From assembly GCF_004210375.1 (NCBI RefSeq), contig NC_134831.1, positions 98,959,522-99,023,521 of the forward strand: a stretch of DNA of 64,000 nucleotides. Direction: 5' to 3'. The stretch is from Tachypleus tridentatus (Eukaryota). The position numbers were made by a program, and so were the translations under genes. Positions 63,888-64,000 of this stretch are shown piece after piece. A model generated the notes under the pieces. The model had not been told where the DNA came from, made no database searches, and worked only from the letters and a program-made list of their open reading frames with translations. The first letter of the stretch is position 1, and each line of letters opens with the position of its first letter.

Positions 63888-64000
63888 TGTCATGTACATC
63901 TAATTACATTTCCATATCATGACTCACTACAGAATGATTCCTGTCATGTACATCTAATTACATTTCCATATCATGACTCACTACAGAATGATTCCTGTCA
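63888..64000. repeat. 54-bp tandem repeat (>=2 copies, runs off the window end)
   Basis: ctgtcatgtacatctaattacatttccatatcatgactcactacagaatgattc repeated exactly at 63888-63941 and 63942-63995; a third copy starts at 63996. Confidence 0.8.

Noticed and set aside
1-64000. Any prokaryotic-style novel system (defence island, operon, integron, phage)
   Set aside because: The sequence is eukaryotic throughout: GT-AG introns, tRNA-SINEs with A-tails, Tc1 and MITE elements, satellite DNA, AT-rich intergenic DNA. No Shine-Dalgarno-spaced gene clusters or rho-independent terminators are in evidence.

Overview
This window is eukaryotic nuclear DNA, AT-rich and intron-containing, not a prokaryotic locus. 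There are no operons, CRISPR arrays or defence islands. No tRNA or rRNA genes are supported; the tRNA-like sequences are heads of SINE retrotransposons.

Positions 1-33436 are one uninterrupted head-to-tail satellite array of a ~61-63 bp unit (about 540 copies). It runs off the left edge of the window. The centre of the array is highly homogenised, the ends are more divergent, and kilobase-scale blocks of variant units recur. The array stops abruptly at 33436.

The remaining ~30.5 kb is a transposon-rich, minisatellite-rich flank. In order it contains:
- a ~1.7 kb non-autonomous element with ~180 bp terminal inverted repeats (34121-35819);
- the first coding exon of a major vault protein gene on the minus strand (36943-37097);
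- a 2.6 kb foldback-type inverted repeat (38066-40674);
- a 39-bp minisatellite (41459-41733);
- a dense cluster of tRNA-derived SINE copies with at least two different tRNA-like heads (45.1-50.6 kb);
- a Tc1-family DNA transposon with ~225 bp inverted repeats and a frameshifted transposase, with a SINE inserted into its 3' inverted repeat (11-bp target-site duplication);
- a Stowaway-like MITE with TA target-site duplication (52587-53043);
- a 46-bp minisatellite (53981-54938);
- the tail-domain exons of a short-tailed class-I myosin gene on the minus strand (about 56.9-62.3 kb), with a complex 122/63-bp minisatellite inside one intron.

I find no novel 'system' in the prokaryotic sense. The points most worth a second look are: how the >=33 kb satellite sits relative to the vault-protein gene (it lies in the direction of that gene's intron 1); the foldback structure about 1 kb upstream of that gene; the SINE family with interchangeable tRNA heads; and the nested SINE-in-Tc1 insertion.

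All coordinates were worked out by hand from the printed sequence and may be off by 1-2 nt. A ~1-nt inconsistency between my reading and the ORF track occurs near 56.94-57.13 kb.
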